This document shows positions 61,919-64,000 of a stretch of DNA of 64,000 bases, in pieces. This DNA comes from Thermodesulfobacteriota bacterium (GTDB lineage: Bacteria > Desulfobacterota_D > UBA1144 > Nemesobacterales > Mycalebacteriaceae), in contig OZ245366.1 in assembly GCA_965226585.1 (NCBI GenBank), forward strand, positions 1,056,001 through 1,120,000, read 5' to 3'. The stretch's first letter is position 1. Every line of letters starts with the position of its first letter. Both the position numbers and the translations under genes were made by a program. The notes beneath the pieces were generated by a model, which saw nothing but the letters and a program-made list of their open reading frames with translations, ran no database searches and was not told the origin of the DNA.

Positions 61919-63064
61919 ATGAAAGACATGCAGGATGAAAAGATGCAGCCGCCCGAAGGAATGGATATTCCTTCAGACCCCAAAGGACAGCCCGACCAGA
62001 ATGCGGGCGAAGACGAGCAGAAGGAGTTGTCTGAAAAGACGACTTCAAGCAAATCCGTGCGTCCGGGAGACATTGAGGAGAACGCGGCGGCGGCATACAG
62101 AAACCATGAGACGGCGAAAAACATCAAACGGATAATGAAAGTTCTTGAGGGAAGTTTCCAGAGAAGCATGGCGACAAAAACCAGTCACCCCGGCGGAATG
62201 CCGAGGCGGTGGAAAAAGATGAACACCCTTGAACTGGAAGACGCTGACCCTCTGGAGTTTTTCCTGTGGTCTGACACCACCTCGCCGACGCTTCCCCGGG
62301 TTCAGATGAGAGAAAAAGAGTCCACAGGCGGGGAGATAGCGATTTTGCGGGACGTGAGCACCTCAATGATGGGCATTTACAGCGAGTGGGCGTCATCGGT
62401 TGTGCGCGGCGTTATGGAACTTGCCAGAAAAAAGAACATGAGGGTCGGCTACCTTGAGTTCAACCACAAAGCAGACCCTTACCGCAGGCAGAAAGGCAGA
62501 AGAAGTTTCTTCACCAGAGAATACCCCTGGCTTCTGGACATAGCGTCAGAAACGGACTGCTCCGGCAACACGAATTACGAGGAAGCCCTGAAAAACACGG
62601 TTGAGGAGTTCAAGGGGCGCGGACGGAGAAACAAGCACATCCTTTTCTTAACAGACGGCATACCGACTTCGGGAGACATATCTTTCGGCGATGACAATTC
62701 TCATCAGGCGGGGCGTCCGAACAGCGATGAGAAACAGCTGATTGAGTACTTGAATGCGGGGCGGCTTGAGCCGGGGGAAAAACCGCGCCCCTTGCGTGAA
62801 ATAGTAAAAAGAACACAGCGGCTCGGCATCCGCATACACTCAATTTTTATCGGCTCTAAAACGTATCCAAAAATCCTGCAGAGAATTTCAGAGGAGACAA
62901 GCGGCACTCAGTTTGTCGCTTTCAGAAACGATGACAGAATTATGCAGGTTGAGCGCAGGGACAAGTTTATGTCCAAACTTCTGGGAAAAGATATTGACAG
63001 TTTCGACCCGATAAAAGCCGCGTTCACACAGCGCCGCATTCACACCGTAACGGGAAAACTTTAA
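61919..63064 (+). CDS. von Willebrand factor A (vWA, ViaA/ChlD-like) domain protein; reading frame actually open from 61733
   Basis: MIDAS DVSTS, SGNTNY, LTDG; in-frame upstream acidic/Pro-rich segment. Confidence 0.85.
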   Translation: MKDMQDEKMQPPEGMDIPSDPKGQPDQNAGEDEQKELSEKTTSSKSVRPGDIEENAAAAYRNHETAKNIKRIMKVLEGSFQRSMATKTSHPGGMPRRWKKMNTLELEDADPLEFFLWSDTTSPTLPRVQMREKESTGGEIAILRDVSTSMMGIYSEWASSVVRGVMELARKKNMRVGYLEFNHKADPYRRQKGRRSFFTREYPWLLDIASETDCSGNTNYEEALKNTVEEFKGRGRRNKHILFLTDGIPTSGDISFGDDNSHQAGRPNSDEKQLIEYLNAGRLEPGEKPRPLREIVKRTQRLGIRIHSIFIGSKTYPKILQRISEETSGTQFVAFRNDDRIMQVERRDKFMSKLLGKDIDSFDPIKAAFTQRRIHTVTGKL

Positions 63065-63996
63065 GGCGCGTCCGCCGTAACAACAAGGTTGTCGCGGTGT
63101 ATAACTTCATCGCCGTATTTGTAGCCGAGTATTTTTTCAATCTCTGAGGCTTTCGCCCCCATTATCCGCCGTGTTTCGTCTGACGAATACGAAGCGAGCC
63201 CGCGCGCTATTTCTTCGCCCTCAGGGCCCAGACACGATACGGGGTCTCCCCTGCCGAAATCGCCGCTTACTTTCGTAATTCCCGAAGGCAGAAGACTTTT
63301 GCCCGAACTGCCGACCGCTTTTGCCGCGCCTTCGTCAACGGTTATCTCGCCGCCGGATTTGAGCGTGTAGGCAATCCAGTGTTTGCGCGCCCCCAGTTTT
63401 TCCCCCGAACCGGAAATAAGGGTTCCCACCTCTTCGCCCCGGAAAATTCTGCCTATGTTTTCAAAATCCCGCCCGTCTGCTATAACCGAGGGAATGCCGG
63501 AAGCTGAAACCTTTTCCGCCGCCTGAAGTTTGGTTTTCATCCCTCCGGTTGTGGTTGCCCCCGAAGTTCCGCCCGCGCTTTTTTCAATCTCCCGGTCTAT
63601 TTTTTCTATCACCGGCAGAAGCTTCGCGCCTGAGTCTTTTTCGGGGTTTGAATCGTAAACACCCTCGGTGTTGGTGAGCATAAGCAGAACATCGGCTTCC
63701 ACAAGAACGGCGACAATGGCGGCAAGGTTGTCGTTGTCGCCGAACATTATTTCCTCAACCGCCACCGTGTCGTTTTCATTCACAACGGGAACAACGCCCA
63801 TCTCCATAAGTTCTTTGAAGGTGCCGCGCGCGTTGAGAAAGAAACGCCTGTCGGAAAGCCCCTCCTGCGTGAGAAGCACTTGCGCCGTGGACAAATCTTT
63901 TGCGGAAAACACCCGCTCGTAGTTCCACATAAGGTAGCTCTGCCCGCAGGCGGCAACCGCCTGTTTGGCGCGTACTGATTCAGGTCTGGAAGACAT
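63061..63996 (-). CDS. proB: Glutamate 5-kinase (5'-truncated by window edge)
   Basis: AACGQ, NENDTV, FGDNDNL, TGGMKTK, C-terminal PUA domain, IHRDNL. Confidence 0.96.
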   Translation of the reverse strand: MSSRPESVRAKQAVAACGQSYLMWNYERVFSAKDLSTAQVLLTQEGLSDRRFFLNARGTFKELMEMGVVPVVNENDTVAVEEIMFGDNDNLAAIVAVLVEADVLLMLTNTEGVYDSNPEKDSGAKLLPVIEKIDREIEKSAGGTSGATTTGGMKTKLQAAEKVSASGIPSVIADGRDFENIGRIFRGEEVGTLISGSGEKLGARKHWIAYTLKSGGEITVDEGAAKAVGSSGKSLLPSGITKVSGDFGRGDPVSCLGPEGEEIARGLASYSSDETRRIMGAKASEIEKILGYKYGDEVIHRDNLVVTADAP

Positions 63997-64000
63997 TTCG

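Overview
A 64 kb, gene-dense bacterial chromosome segment with deltaproteobacteria-like proteins (my impression is Ca. Dadabacteria or a relative; this is unverified inference). Most of it is housekeeping: glnS, ilvE, der, ybeY, scpAB, xerD, ahcY, metK, hemB, rpmE2, tRNA-Asn, an rpoH-like sigma, alaS, rpmA/rplU, lgt, hisC/hisD, HPr, mqnC, rluB, efp, mutL, degP, aroK, riboflavin synthase, lspA, msrB, greA, carB, thiC, tsaD, ggt, coaX, guaA/guaB and proB. There are two accessory regions. The first is an AT-richer defence island (about 20.35-31.4 kb): RloA/RloB (AbiL-like), a type III R-M mod...res pair with an uncharacterised soluble + membrane two-gene cassette between them, then a haloacetate dehalogenase, a NYN RNase with a structured 5' RNA, and an HNH protein. 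The second is a small islet with an orphan higA at the guaA 3' end. The strongest novel signal is a RavA/MoxR AAA+ gene and a vWA gene joined by a -1 frame switch at an A10 run (61731-61740) and a hidden 60-codon acidic/Pro-rich linker. This resembles the programmed-frameshift chlD chelatase genes, but here in a MoxR/RavA-type pair; a homopolymer assembly error cannot be excluded from sequence alone. Other oddities are an EF-P with Gln at the modified-Lys position, a degenerate LigD phosphoesterase-like ORF, a PUR-family protein and a histone-H1-like AAKPKP repeat protein. No CRISPR array, rRNA, IS element or prophage was seen.
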